A stretch of DNA of 32,441 nucleotides, taken from positions 110,602 to 143,042 of the forward strand of contig NW_005434645.1 in assembly GCF_000315625.1 (NCBI RefSeq), written 5' to 3'. The position numbers were made by a program, and so were the translations under genes. This document shows positions 1-11,500 of this stretch, one piece after another (within the stretch, counting starts at the first letter, position 1; each line of letters starts with the position of its first letter). The DNA is from Guillardia theta CCMP2712 (lineage: Eukaryota; Protista; Cryptophyta). A model generated the notes under the pieces. The model was not told where the DNA came from and did no database searches. It worked only from the letters and a program-made list of their open reading frames with translations.

Positions 1-480
1 ATTATAGGGGTACTTCTCGTGAACCATTTTTTTTACTTACAAACGATTAAAAACGGGGGTGGGGACGTGCCAAGTGTAAATGTCAGGGGGGGGGGTAGGG
101 GTTGGGCAACAATGGGTGCTGATATCGTTGTGACAGGGGGTAGTAGATAATTGTCCTAGTCTAGAAGGGGTAGGGTAAAAATGAAGAGCGGTGATGCTGG
201 ATATGGTTGGGGTACTTGAAGGAGATATCAGGGGTGAGGTGAAATTTACAAAGTGATATATTATGTGAGGGGGTGGGGTGATCAAATGGATGGGGGCTGG
301 GGTCATTATTGTGTAGTAGTTGGCCAAAGGGGTAGGGTAGTAAGGTAGTCGGGGTACTATGAATGCCAAGGACAAGAGGAAAGGACGAGATGGGAGGAGA
401 GGAGTGAGAAGGATGGACGAGAGGTTGTTGTTGCGATGGAGTTGCGGCCAGAGGGAGCCGGAAGGTATGTTGGTAGGTGT
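1..480 (+). repeat. G-rich (GGGGTA/GGGT) low-complexity non-coding block upstream of the Sec14 gene
   Basis: Many G4-G9 runs followed by TA/TG (e.g. aaggggtagggtaaaa ~165, aaaggggtagggtag ~326). The overlapping ORFs are only Pro/Thr-rich antisense translations. Similar blocks occur at 7430-8100 and 20110-20390. Confidence 0.6.
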
Positions 481-715
481 CAAGACCTGGCTTCCATGTC
501 TGACAGGCAGTTCCGGGCGGAACAGCACTAGTAAAGCGATGCTGCTGATTTAGAGGTACACAGTCGGAACAGCGAGGCAAGAGACATGTACATTGTTTTC
601 TCATGATCAATGATGCAAAGCGTATATATTCATGTTCCAAACGAGTATTGTGGCTGATTTCAAACCGACAATCTCTCTAATCTTTGAGGTTCCTTGCCAG
701 GTTCGTGACAGAATC

Positions 716-2191
716 ATGGCGAACAACATTCCGATTGACCCGGGATTCCCCGGGAATACAAGTCCACAACAAAACAAATGCATGGATGAGGTAAATCCCT
801 CTGATCTTTGACAGAAAAATCCTCAACTGAATGATGTGTTTAGCTTCTTGCGTCCATTCAGGATCAGATAACAACTCCAGTGGGCGAAAAGTTGGTAGCG
901 AAAATGGGGGGCAAAGATTATTTTCTATGTCGCTTGCTGAGAGCGAGGAACTGGGATGTTGCGGCGTCGACCAAGCTATGCCAGGAAATAGTCAGCTACA
1001 GGTCGCAGCACAAGCTTGATTTCATCTTGGAGAAGGTCATTGGCGACCAGCCCCTTCAAGATGGGAAAGACTTGAACTGGCGTCCAGAGATCTATGACGA
1101 GGGAGTGAAGCGAGTGCTTCCTTACATCCCATGCGGAAAGGCATGGCTACACCTCGATGGGACAGCCTATCGAGATATGGAGGATCAACAGGCTCAGCCC
1201 AGCGACATTCTACACAAGTGCTCGTCGGAGGACATCTGGCATTGGTGGCACTTCCACCTGGAGGCGGGGATGAAGGCCACGCTGGATGGAGCCGCTCTTT
1301 ACAACGCGCCCTTGAAGGGTGCCATCCTTGTGTTCGACCTCAAGGGCTTCGGTGCCCGCCATCTCAACACGACTTGCATCAGGCTCCTGGCACAGCTCTT
1401 CAGCATCGGCCAGTCGAAATTCCCCGAGAGCCTGAGCAGGATCTTCGTCCTCAATGCCCCGACGCTGTTCTCTGGTGTGTGGAATTCCGTGAAGGGCGTC
1501 TTGAACGAGCGAACTCGAAAGAAGGTGGTGATGACGAACAAGGGGATGCATGATGACCTCAAGGCCATAATCCCATCCGACATCATGCCAGATTTTCTTG
1601 GGGGCACATGCCCGTGTAACGTCGGAGAGCGCATTGGATCTGGTGGATTGGCATTCACTGCGGTGAATGTAGCTGCAAGGAACGTTCACAAGGTTGCTGT
1701 GCAGGTTCCGCAGGGAGGTTACCTTGGTTGGGAGTTTTACACAGAAGGCAAAGACATCAAGTTTGGTGTGTTCTACTTCCAACCCAACACATACAAGGAC
1801 AACACGACCAATTTCACGTCCGGAGAGGTGGTGAAGGAGCTGTCTAAGTCCGAAAACAAGGGGGATTGCGTCATGGACACTTTGGCAGACTTGAAGGCTG
1901 GTACGTACGTCTTGGTATTTGACAACAGCTACTCGATGATGACCTCCAAAGAATTGAGGTGAACCCCTCTTGCAATTTTATTGTTTGCCTATGACGCTTG
2001 TGTCAAACAGGTACTGTATTGATTCAGGAGCTGCTAGTGAAGATATGACGGTAAGCTTGCTATTCCCGTGTCCATCCTTGTGAAATTTTTGATGGTAGAT
2101 CCCTGGCAACCCTCAATCTGGAAGGGCGATAGGAGAGTCAGTGGTGACAGGAATTCCCACCCCTCCACAGACGCCCACAGCAGCCCAATAA
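716..2191 (+). CDS. Sec14-like CRAL-TRIO lipid-binding protein with C-terminal GOLD domain
   Basis: Exons 716-790, 844-1958, 2011-2050, 2099-2191, joined in frame through GT-AG introns of 53, 52 and 48 nt. The last intron is less certain; if retained, the frame stops near 2083. Motifs: N-terminal DPGFPGNTSPQQ, CRAL-TRIO-N RLLRARNWDV, CRAL-TRIO VFDLKG...FPESLSRIFVLNAPTLFSGVWNSVKGVLNERTRKKV...PDFLGG, and GOLD WEFYTEGKDIKFGVF...GTYVLVFDNSYSMMTSKELRY. Confidence 0.9.
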
Positions 2192-2455
2192 GATAGATCG
2201 AACACGTGTACTTTCTTGTTTCTAGTCTTCGCTACCTTGTTAATAACAGGAAGACAAAGGAAAAACCATTGATTCTCCAGGTAGGCTGCACACAAATTGG
2301 AGAACAAAGATGTGAAACAGTCACGTGACCCGTGCTCTATTCAACAATGCTTCAATCTAGATAACAGTCTTGCTCAAAAGAATCTCATTCTTTCTTGTTA
2401 TTTGCGGCCCTTTGTTTCCGAGAGTTCCATCCGATCAATATAACAATACAAAGGC

Positions 2456-3292
2456 TCAGGAACAACAAACCAGCGCTACCAGCGGGTTGGCGAGCAAGAA
2501 TCGAAAGAAGCGCGTTCCAATATCTACTCTCTCTTCAAGGGACCAGCCGTACACGCTCCATCGGATCTTGTTGGCTGTGACTGGAGTAACAAGGTGCCAT
2601 CTCGGAACTTTGAACGTCACCAGCGAGTTCCAGGATGGGGAGTACGTAGGGTGATTCTTGTCCTCCTCATCCATGAAGAGACCCCCGTCCTCAGCAGACC
2701 ACTCCTCGTTCAGGTAGAGGATGAAAGCTCTCTTCCTGTCGTACCTGTCGTTCCCATCCAGGGTCACCACGCCTCCATCGGTATGGGAAGTTACGAAGGA
2801 GCCCTGGGAGTACTTCCCCACGAAGAGAGACAGCTTCTGGCCTTCTCCTTGAAAGAGATCAGTGAAATAAGGCTCCAACTGTTGCCTCAGCCACACCAAC
2901 TCTTTGCCTTGCAGGTCAAGCATCTTGTAATCCATCTCAACTGTAGCCCTCTTCGTGACGTTGTGTTTGCCGAACACCCTGGCTCTCTTGTTGTCTATCT
3001 GTACCCATTGATTATCTGGGATCTTACGAATCGTGGACACAATCAGTCTTGCTTCTTCATCTTTGAGGTAGTTCTTGATGACTGACATTTCTTCGTTCTC
3101 GATCCCTTCCCTGGTCGCCATGCCGTCCCACCTTCCGCACATTCCTCTCCCGCACTGCCACTGTACTTCTTCTTTACCGAGCTTAGCGTTCTTGATCTGC
3201 TTAGTCACATCCACCTTCGCTTCTCTTCCCTCCCCTGATACCATCCAGCCCCCTACCGTCACCATACACACCAGCACCGATACCCTCCCCAT
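2456..3292 (-). CDS. 2OG-Fe(II)-dependent oxygenase (prolyl-hydroxylase-like), with N-terminal signal peptide and C-terminal hydrophobic tail
   Basis: Intronless 278-aa ORF. Iron-binding HxD (SHTD), AFILYLNEEWSAEDGGLF, distal His (WHLVTPV) and 2OG-binding RxS (RWSVYGW). Hydrophobic N-terminus MGRVSVLVCMVTVGGWMVSG. Confidence 0.85.
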   Translation of the reverse strand: MGRVSVLVCMVTVGGWMVSGEGREAKVDVTKQIKNAKLGKEEVQWQCGRGMCGRWDGMATREGIENEEMSVIKNYLKDEEARLIVSTIRKIPDNQWVQIDNKRARVFGKHNVTKRATVEMDYKMLDLQGKELVWLRQQLEPYFTDLFQGEGQKLSLFVGKYSQGSFVTSHTDGGVVTLDGNDRYDRKRAFILYLNEEWSAEDGGLFMDEEDKNHPTYSPSWNSLVTFKVPRWHLVTPVTANKIRWSVYGWSLEERVDIGTRFFRFLLANPLVALVCCS

Positions 3293-3559
3293 TGCGGCTC
3301 CTTGAACCTATCCTAGCACGAGGACAGCAAACGAAAGATCAGTCCGAAAATTGCTGTCTTTTCAAACGGATATTTATCTGAGGCGGGCTTGATAGCGGCC
3401 AGTCGCAGTTGTCTCCGGCCCTACCCCGGTAGTATTCGTACCACTACCCCCCTTCCTTCCTTCTACCACCCCCTCCCGCTGTTGCTTCGTGAGGTCCGTT
3501 TTCTGAGCTAGGAACTCGCGGATGTATCAGGCTTTACATCGTCGCCGCACTGCCGCTCC

Positions 3560-4558
3560 ATGCTCTTTGCTGCCTTGCTGCTCTCCCTCCTGCTCTCCCT
3601 ACTGGCCCCACCCTCCTCGCAGGCTTCCTCGTGGCAACTTGCCTGCAAGCTCACCTGGCACGAGGGAGGCCTGACCAACTTCAGCACGTTCTTTGATGGC
3701 AACATTCCCCTATCGTTCCAGCAGCTTGGAGTCTTCTATGCATCACTTACATCAACGGGTGTTCCTTCCTACACCCTGAGAAACAGGAATGGCGTGTTTG
3801 TCTCCTCCTTCCAGGCCAGCTGGTACTTTTCTAATCCGTACCAAATTCAATTCGGCTGCTCAGCGGAGTATACTTACTTGATAGGAATGGCTGCAAACTT
3901 CGATTCATCTGCAGAGTGGCAGCTTCTCTACGAGGGTATCATCGAGACTGACTTCGCTGTTGACAGCAGAAACACCTCCAAAGTCTATTCCTTCCAGATG
4001 CCGAAGGAGTGCGAATGGCGGTCAGAGAGCTCTGGGTCGTCCCAAGAAGGAACTCTGAATCGAGACTTGTACGATGCCTTGACGTCTGGGAATGTCGACG
4101 CAACCATCTCGAGCATGAAGGCTGCTACTCCTAGAAACTTCTACTACAGTCAAGTCCCAGCCATGTATGTCTCACCGTTCTCTGTCGTTGGAAGCTCGCA
4201 TGTGCCATGTTTTGACTGCCCGTGCTCTCCTGATCCACGCCAGCAGCAGGTTACTGCAGACTCGGGCAGATGTGTCATACAGGCCTGCAACGTGAGCCAG
4301 TGCAAGCGCGTTTACTCGGATGCCTTGGCGTCATGCGTGCCTAACGACCTGAACGTCTCGGAGCTTTCCCGGGTTTACTCGCCTCCTCCTCAACCAGCAT
4401 CAACCGCGCAGCCTCAGTCCTCTGCCAACCAAGATGCTACGGTAGCGAAGCCGTCTGCTTCATCCTCGTCGGCGTGTGGAGTGCATGAGGTCTCGTGGAT
4501 GGCTCGTTCAGTCATGGCGATATCTCTCGTCGTGTCCTTGTTCACTTGCCGGGCGTAG
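3560..4558 (+). CDS. Secreted Cys-rich hypothetical protein, probably GPI-anchored or with a C-terminal membrane anchor
   Basis: Intronless 332-aa ORF. Strong signal peptide MLFAALLLSLLLSLLAPPSSQA, Cys cluster (CFDCPC...C...C...C...C), Ser/Pro/Ala-rich stalk, then SSSSSA and a hydrophobic C-terminus VMAISLVVSLF. Confidence 0.75.
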   Translation: MLFAALLLSLLLSLLAPPSSQASSWQLACKLTWHEGGLTNFSTFFDGNIPLSFQQLGVFYASLTSTGVPSYTLRNRNGVFVSSFQASWYFSNPYQIQFGCSAEYTYLIGMAANFDSSAEWQLLYEGIIETDFAVDSRNTSKVYSFQMPKECEWRSESSGSSQEGTLNRDLYDALTSGNVDATISSMKAATPRNFYYSQVPAMYVSPFSVVGSSHVPCFDCPCSPDPRQQQVTADSGRCVIQACNVSQCKRVYSDALASCVPNDLNVSELSRVYSPPPQPASTAQPQSSANQDATVAKPSASSSSACGVHEVSWMARSVMAISLVVSLFTCRA

Positions 4559-4763
4559 TCACTCTCGCTGACCGACCCTCGTCATCCGTCACGTAGCTCG
4601 TGTGAGTGCTCTGACTTGAAACCTTCGAGTCTTGCTTCATGTTCACGTCATTGTAATTCGACGGCAATAAGATATAAATCCTCTTACAACAGCGACTTCC
4701 GCATGCGGCAGTTGCCTCACTTGCTCATTCAACTTGCTTACTTTACTCAAGACCTCAACAGCG

Positions 4764-6767
4764 CTACCGCTCCGAGTGCGCTTGCACGAAGCTGGCGAGG
4801 TCCATCCTGCCTCCTCCCATGTAGATCTCTGCCAGCTGACTTCGGACATCGTCCCATCCCTGTGAGGGACGAAAAGTCACCCCGAGCACGTCGCCGAGCA
4901 CGTGGCTTACCTTGTATGTTCCCAAACAGACTTCATTCATGATCTAGCCAAAGTTCACATCAGCGATTGGGTTGTTCTCTGTTGTTCAGCTCACATCATC
5001 AGCCCGCTCCAACATCGCCTCCTCTTTCGCCTTTTCCAACGGGTGGCCCTGGCGCTACAGGATCAGGCAGGCAGCAGCGGCGGTACATGGCATGCCTGGC
5101 TCATCTCGATTGTTCTCGTGCTCTTGGACATCTCCGCAATCTTCTGCTTGAAGGCCTTCACATCTGCCTCGCCCGCCTTGGCCCCAGTCACGCACAGGCG
5201 GCAGAGGAAGGGAGCAGATCCACCTGCCGTGACACCTCCTCCACTTGCTCTCCCAGAGTCCTGCAGCTTGTCAGCTCTAGAGCCACAGCCCAGCAAGCTT
5301 CTCAACCACAACGGCATCATCAGCGCCAGCTTCGCAGCATCTTTCGCCTCCTTCTCTCTCCCCAGCTGCACGGGCTGGCTCAGCTGAGCTCTACTGGAGC
5401 TCGACGAGGCATACCTTTGTGTACAGCAGAGCCTGGAAACGATACCCGCTTCCCCAGCTGACACCAGACAGCATGTCACATGCGCACGGAGCTAGGTAAG
5501 GCCCAGCGGCAGGAGCACCCATGTTGAATCTTCGCAGAGCGTTCTGCAGCCACCAGCGCTGCCGTCTGATCACCGCGCTCGAGGTGGTGAAGCGCGAGTT
5601 CCTCGTAGAGGTCTGGGAATGCTCCAACCTGCTGCATGCTCAGGGACGCGACGCCCTGTGACAGCACAGACAGGAACCTTGGACAAGATGTACTTGGTCA
5701 ACCTGCCTAGCACGTCAGGTCGCTACTCCGCATGAGACGTGATAGGCTTACGACAGGCTGGGGGATTTTTCTTTCTTTTCGCCCCTCTGCATTGCCGACA
5801 GGTTGGAGAAGATACGGGATCGAGTGAGATAGAGATACCTTGTACAGCTCTCCCGCGCTGTTCGCTGCCTCGATCACCGCTGACTTCTTCCCTTCATCTG
5901 CACGCGCGTCATCGATCCCAGTCACACCCCAATCTTGCGAACATCACCCGCAGACTCGTCTGCTTCCACCGCGAGTCTCATGAGGTACTGCGGAGCTCCT
6001 TCAGCCGTTCGCACAGGACAGCAGGACGTTAAGACCGATCGTGTGTTCGGAGCCACCAGTCTCAGCCCGGTCTGCCCGGTTGTCTCCACGATAGGAAGCA
6101 TGTCCCCCTGCAAGGAGGATAAGGAGGACGCTCGGCGTCAGAGCAAGTAGGGACGAGAGGGTGAGATGCACCTTGGAGGCGCTGGGCATCCGGAGCATGC
6201 AAGTATGAGATCCTGATGTCGGGCTGACAGCTACGGGAATGACGAGGGGATGCAGATGTCTCCGGTCCTGCCAGCGAGGCAGGAGGAGCCGTCAGAAGCA
6301 GCAGGTCCTGCACGGCAGCCTCTCTCACCATGGGGTCCACCCGCCTCATCCCGTGTAACTCAAGAGTCTGGACGAAAGCTGAGAGGTGCGCGCATCGTGT
6401 CACGTTCGCACTGGACTCAAGGAAAGCCTTTCAGCAGCAAGTGAGGGAAAGCATTGCGAGACCGCAAGGTTGCCTGTAGCTCCTCCTGACTCCCAGAGCA
6501 CATCCTCCGCCGTGTCTGCATCAGAGCTGTTCATCGGATTCTTAGCAGACATCCTGAGAGGCACAGGAGAAAGACCTCTCCAAGACCTGATCCTTGGCAC
6601 GATACATCTCGCCGACATGGCAAGTGCCTCCTGTGAACATCCACAGCGTCATCGCCATGCCCAAGGCAAGACAGGAGGGACTCTGGTCCTGATGTGAAAC
6701 CGCATCCTCTACTGTAACTGCTCCCACAAGCATGAGAGCTGAACTTCTCTTGCATACAACACACCAT
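4764..6767 (-). CDS. PAB: Homolog of PAB (protein in chloroplast ATPase biogenesis), multi-exon; 5' end uncertain
   Basis: Spliced translation contains AFLESSANVTRCAHLSAFVQTLELHG, RHLHPLVIPVA...CMLRMP, MLPIVETTGQTGLRLVAPN, QYLMRLAVEADE, NSAGELYK, DKYILSKVGAFPDLYEELALHHLERGDQTAALVAAE, LGREKEAKDAAKLALMMPLWTLG and GWDDVRSQLAEIY...LASFV, with stop TAG at 4764-4766. These match plant PAB motifs as recalled (YLLKKVGLFPD; EAKDAARGALKSPWWTLG). The start codon is not resolved. Confidence 0.8.
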
Positions 6768-7256
6768 GCCCGCCCTACCCTGCCCCCTACAAGGATCCTC
6801 CATTGCGATCCTACTACCCCACCCCCCGATTTCCCCAGAGTTCGCACCCTCCCTCATATTAACTGATTTTTCAATTTCTGCGAGGTGCCGATGAGCAAGA
6901 CTACACTCGCATGTGTTTCATCCAAATGGCAGGTTTACTTTCTTCAATGGACGTGCTCAAAACCTTTATCGAGTGATTGACTGTAGTACAAGAACTTGCC
7001 ATGATCGTATATGTCATTACTAATAGGCCCATGATGATGTCGGAAGTGAACACACGGCAAGACGACGAGATTCAGACATGGTGCTATCACTCCTGTTGCA
7101 GGTGACGGGAGGATAGTTGAACTAACAACATCCAAGTGATTGACTTGTGAAGAAAGGAAGCAGAGTATCGCAGGTCACAATGGTCAGGGAAGGAAACTAA
7201 GTGTTGAAGTTTGCAGTTGAGGCCAGAGGGAGGTCGGCCAGCCGGGAGATAAAGAG

Positions 7257-7315
7257 CTCCTCCTCCTCCTCCTCCTCCTCCTCCTCCTCCTCCTCCTCCT
7301 CCTCCTCCTCCTCCT
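7257..7315 (+). repeat. (TCC)n microsatellite, about 19 units
   Basis: Perfect ctcctcctcc... run seen directly. Confidence 0.95.
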
Positions 7316-7429
7316 ACGCTATCCTCTGCCCTGGCACCATGTGCCGCCACAAGGGCATGAGTGTGAAGAACAACGCCATTGTCCTACGACTGGCCGAGAG
7401 GGGGAAAGTACCCCTACCCCATCATTACT

Positions 7430-8100
7430 ATCTAAAGTGAAGAGACTCAGTGGTGGGGTGAACCGAGATAGCAGGGTGGGTCGTTGAAGATGGCCAATTT
7501 ATGTAGTAGGTTGACCACACCCACCCCCCAAAAGTACCTTACATATGCTGAATGGAAGGGGTAGTTTTAGAATTGGGGTGTTCACACGAAGGGGTGGGGT
7601 GGTTGAAATTGGAGGAGATCACTGCAAAGATTTGACAAGGGAGGTTCCTTTCGCCGTGGAGTACCAGGGGTGGGGTATTTTTACTTAGGGTGATAGGGGT
7701 AGTCCGAGGTGCAAAAGGTATAGGGCGGGTGGGTACAAAGATAGGTGGGTGGGGGAAAAGCAGGCCTTATCATTAGGGGGGTAGGTACATCAGTGATAGT
7801 GAGTGGGGGAGGAGCTTGCAAAGGGGTAGGGTTGCATTTGGGGACTGTATAAATGGTAGGTGGGTGGCACTCAAAAGGTGGGGTGGGGGTTGCTCGTTGA
7901 GACTATTTCTAATCAAAGGTAGGGTGGTTTTACTATAAGCACAGGGTCTCTATCTCTTGAGAAGTTTGAGGGTGGGTCCCGAATATCCGGGGGTCCTGCC
8001 CTCCACCAAGAAGTTTTACTTCGAGAGGGTGGGTGGTGGAGAAAGGGAATGTAGGGGTGGGTTGTTTGTTGGGGTATTGAGGGTCAGTTGTTCGATGAGA
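7430..8100 (+). repeat. G-rich (GGGGTA/GGGTGGG) non-coding block upstream of the channel gene
   Basis: Dense G-runs of the same style as 1-480 and 20110-20390, with no credible coding frame. Confidence 0.6.
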
Positions 8101-8579
8101 TGTATGGCAGGAATGGCGGAGAGGAAGGGAGGGGGAGAGAGAGTGATGGTGGAGAGGAGAGGAGCTGGAGGGTGCAAGAAGGATCGGACAGTCGATGAGT
8201 CAGTGGTAAGGATGGTTCAGGAGGGAGAGGGGGATCAGCAACTCGCCAGGGGAGAGTCAACCGACTCGGAATAGAGTACTTTTTGGCAATGCTTCTGAAC
8301 GTCTTTTGCTCCAGGTCGATCTTACACGGTTTGGCATCTGTCCTTTCATTCGGAAGATGAGGTGGACCAAGATGCGCGCAGTGATCTCGTTATGTACATT
8401 GTAGTATCCAAACGCCGTGAAGACGATTGAGTCCATGGCTTCGCGCCTACTTGTGTAAGTAGTTGAAATGACTCTGTACCTTTCGATCCGACCACGCAGG
8501 CTTGCAGTTCCAATAATATTCTCACAACAAGCACAACGATGAGAGAAGATTTGCAAACAACTCCATCTTCTACTGAGAG

Positions 8580-11500
8580 ATGATAATGGACAAGAGCGAG
8601 ATCCACGACACTCTCGAAGAATTAATCGGAGATGAAAATAGCCATGACCTTGATGTTACAGTCCTGAGCGAACGCCATGAGAACGGTAATGGTTATCATG
8701 AGGATGGTAATGGTTGTCATGAGAACAGAAATGGTTATCATGTCGATCCTGGTCTCGCCGATGATCAACCTGGCCCTTCGTTCCCAGCCATTGACGAAGA
8801 TGATGAAGAGCAGCCGCACAGAAGCGTTGGGATACCTCCACAGTTGTGTTTTTGCACTGCCCAGCCTTATGGTTTGGCATACAAGTTACGCCAAGTCTGC
8901 ATCCAGCTGGACAGCAGCTTTGCATGGAGTTTTTTCGTTTTTTCCATGTCCATGCTAAATTGTTTGGGAGTTACGATCATGGCAGAACTGTACACGGGAG
9001 ATTACAGGAACAGTGCAGTATTCCACACCCTGTACATTTTTGATGATCTCTGTGTTGGAATACAAGGGATTGAAGTTTTTGTGGGAATATCTGCCAAAGG
9101 TTTCAAGACCTGGATCAAGGATGTGTACAACAAGCTGGAGCTCTCTCTACTGTCCACAGCTCTTCTCGGTTTCTGCCTCACTTCTCTTGGGTGGAGATCA
9201 TTGCTTGTCGAATGTTTCTTAGACTGACTAGCCTCACAGATGGAAGGTCTTTGTATTGCGATCGTTCAGGCTGCTGCGGCTCTTCAAGCTCCTTTCCCGC
9301 TTCCAGGCTCTCTCGTACGTCAAGCACATCGTGACGACCTTGGAAGTCGCACTGGTCCAGATGTTCACCGTCTGCTCCATTCTGTTCTTCTTCATGTTGA
9401 CATACAGGTAGGACGCTCCTCGTCCTCTATGTTGAACTTTTTGTTTATTCTCTACCTTTGACAGCTTGCTCGGCATGTCTGTCTATCAGAGTTCCTTCAA
9501 GCGAAGGTGTGTCTCAATGGAGTACCTTAGCCAACCTTGTCAGTCCTACAGCTCACCATGGTCGTCTTCTTGTTCGCTGCCATTCCAATGGGAAAGAGAT
9601 CCGCTGAGATCGAGCTGGAACGTGTCAGTACCAGGAGGATATCCCTACTTCGAGCTGTGCGATATCATTTCGTTCGACAGCGAGGACTTTCCAAAAGATT
9701 ACCTAGGTCGACGACACACGTGCCAGGTGCAAATGATCCTTTTCTCTCTCTTTCTTGCCGCGTGACAAGATGCCGTTAAGCTCGCAAGGCACAGAAGAGG
9801 CGAGCAAGTAAAGCAGATGTGCACGATCGTGGGATACCCGCCGGTGAGTTCAGCGGGCAGAGAGTCATGCTTGTGGGTTAGAAGCAGCGCTCACGCGAGC
9901 GTTCTTGCAGAATCAGTTCGGATACGCGCACTTTGACAACGTCGGATCCGCACTCCTGGCGGTTCTCCAATGGGTGATCGCAGACTCAGCCTATGACATC
10001 ATGTGGTTCAGCTACGAGAGCGAGTACTATGTCAGGTTCTTGACGTTCCTGCTGTATCCGGCCATCACCATCACCTGCTCTTGGATGCTTCTCGGGATGT
10101 TCATCGCGATCGTGACGGGAACCTTCCAGCGAGTCAGAGAAGAAGAGAAGACAAGAACGTCCCAAGTTGCCCCAGAGTAAGAAAACCCCTGCATGTGTGA
10201 CCTTCTACTGACAGCGAGACTCCGCAGACAGATACTTGAGAAGGTGGTGGACGGGCCTCAGTCCGACAAGAATTTTCTTCAGGAAAGCCTCCCCGCAACT
10301 ACTGAGACAGCCCAGATGACGATATCCGTTGAGTCGCCCAAGGCGCAGATCCCTATCTCTGAACAGAGGGTGGACATCAAGCAAGAAGCCTGCTGTTCAA
10401 CTCCGGGGTGGAATGTCTTCAAAGATCGGGCTCTGCTCTTGCAGCAGAGCTCTTACTACCAGCTCTTCTTGTCCTCTATCATCGCTCTACAGACCATCTT
10501 CCTTGCGATGGACGACGAGACCTCTCTCTCGAAGATGCCGTTGTCGTTTGTGGTGATCTATTCGACATGCCAGGCAGTCTATGTCTTTGATGTCTTCTTC
10601 CAAGCTTTCGTGATGAACCGAATGATGGGGGAGAGTGAAGTAGCCATCATCATCGTCCTCGTTTCCGAGGCTCTCCTTTCACTCCTTGGGATCATCGGCC
10701 TGGGGGCGAACTGGAATTTTCTGATCCGCTTGCAATGCATTCGCATCTTCCGCCTGTACAGATACGTCCCTGTGCTACAGGGGCTCATCAACTCAGCAGT
10801 GAAGGGAGTTCCTGCAGTGATCAACCTCTGCATCTTCTGCTTCATCTGGATCCTCTGCTTCACTGTGACAGGAAGGTTTCTATTCCGCGACTCCATGAAC
10901 GATATCACCCGATCAAACTTCTCCTCCTTCGAGATCGGCTTCCTTACAGTCTTCCAGATCTTCACGGGGGACTCTTGGTCCGGCGTGCTGTACAGCGCAA
11001 TGGCGTCCAAGGATGGTTTCGCAGGGAAGTTTGCAGCAGCGATATTCTTCATTGTCCTGCTGCTCATGAGCAACATAGTTCTCGTGAACCTCTTTGTCTC
11101 CGTCGTCATCGAGAACTTCAACTTTGCCGAGACCATCTCGAGCATCGAGGACGGGAAGAACCTTCAGTGGATGAGGAAGCAGTTTGCCAACTATCAGTCG
11201 AACCTCCAGGAGTCGCTCAAGGCCATGCAGCCTCGGGTGTCTGCGAGCAACCTGACTCGAACGGACTCGCACGCCTCCTTCCTGCTGACAAACATCTTCG
11301 CCAAGGCGAACTTGGCAGACAAGGGGGACAAGGAGTTGAAGGAGAAGGCGAAGGAGAAGAAGTCTTCAGGGGGGAGCGAGGCATCCGCGGCAATGCTCAA
11401 GACGGGCTTGTCCACTCGCATTCTTATCAATATGGCGTCCCTGGCGAACCCAAAGGTGCACCTCAAAGACCAGAAGTACGCAGATCGCGTCCTCTTCCTC

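Noticed and set aside
1-480. G-rich blocks as telomeric repeats or Pro-rich ORFs (37-528, 161-640)
   Set aside because: There is no regular tandem unit, and the translations are compositional artefacts.
2320-2329. GTCACGTGAC palindrome (E-box/CLEAR-like)
   Set aside because: It is a single 10-mer between two convergent 3' ends, not in a promoter position.
6900-7250. Small gene between PAB and the channel (e.g. ORF 6944-7135)
   Set aside because: Only short ORFs without motifs or a convincing splice structure; a gene cannot be supported from sequence alone.
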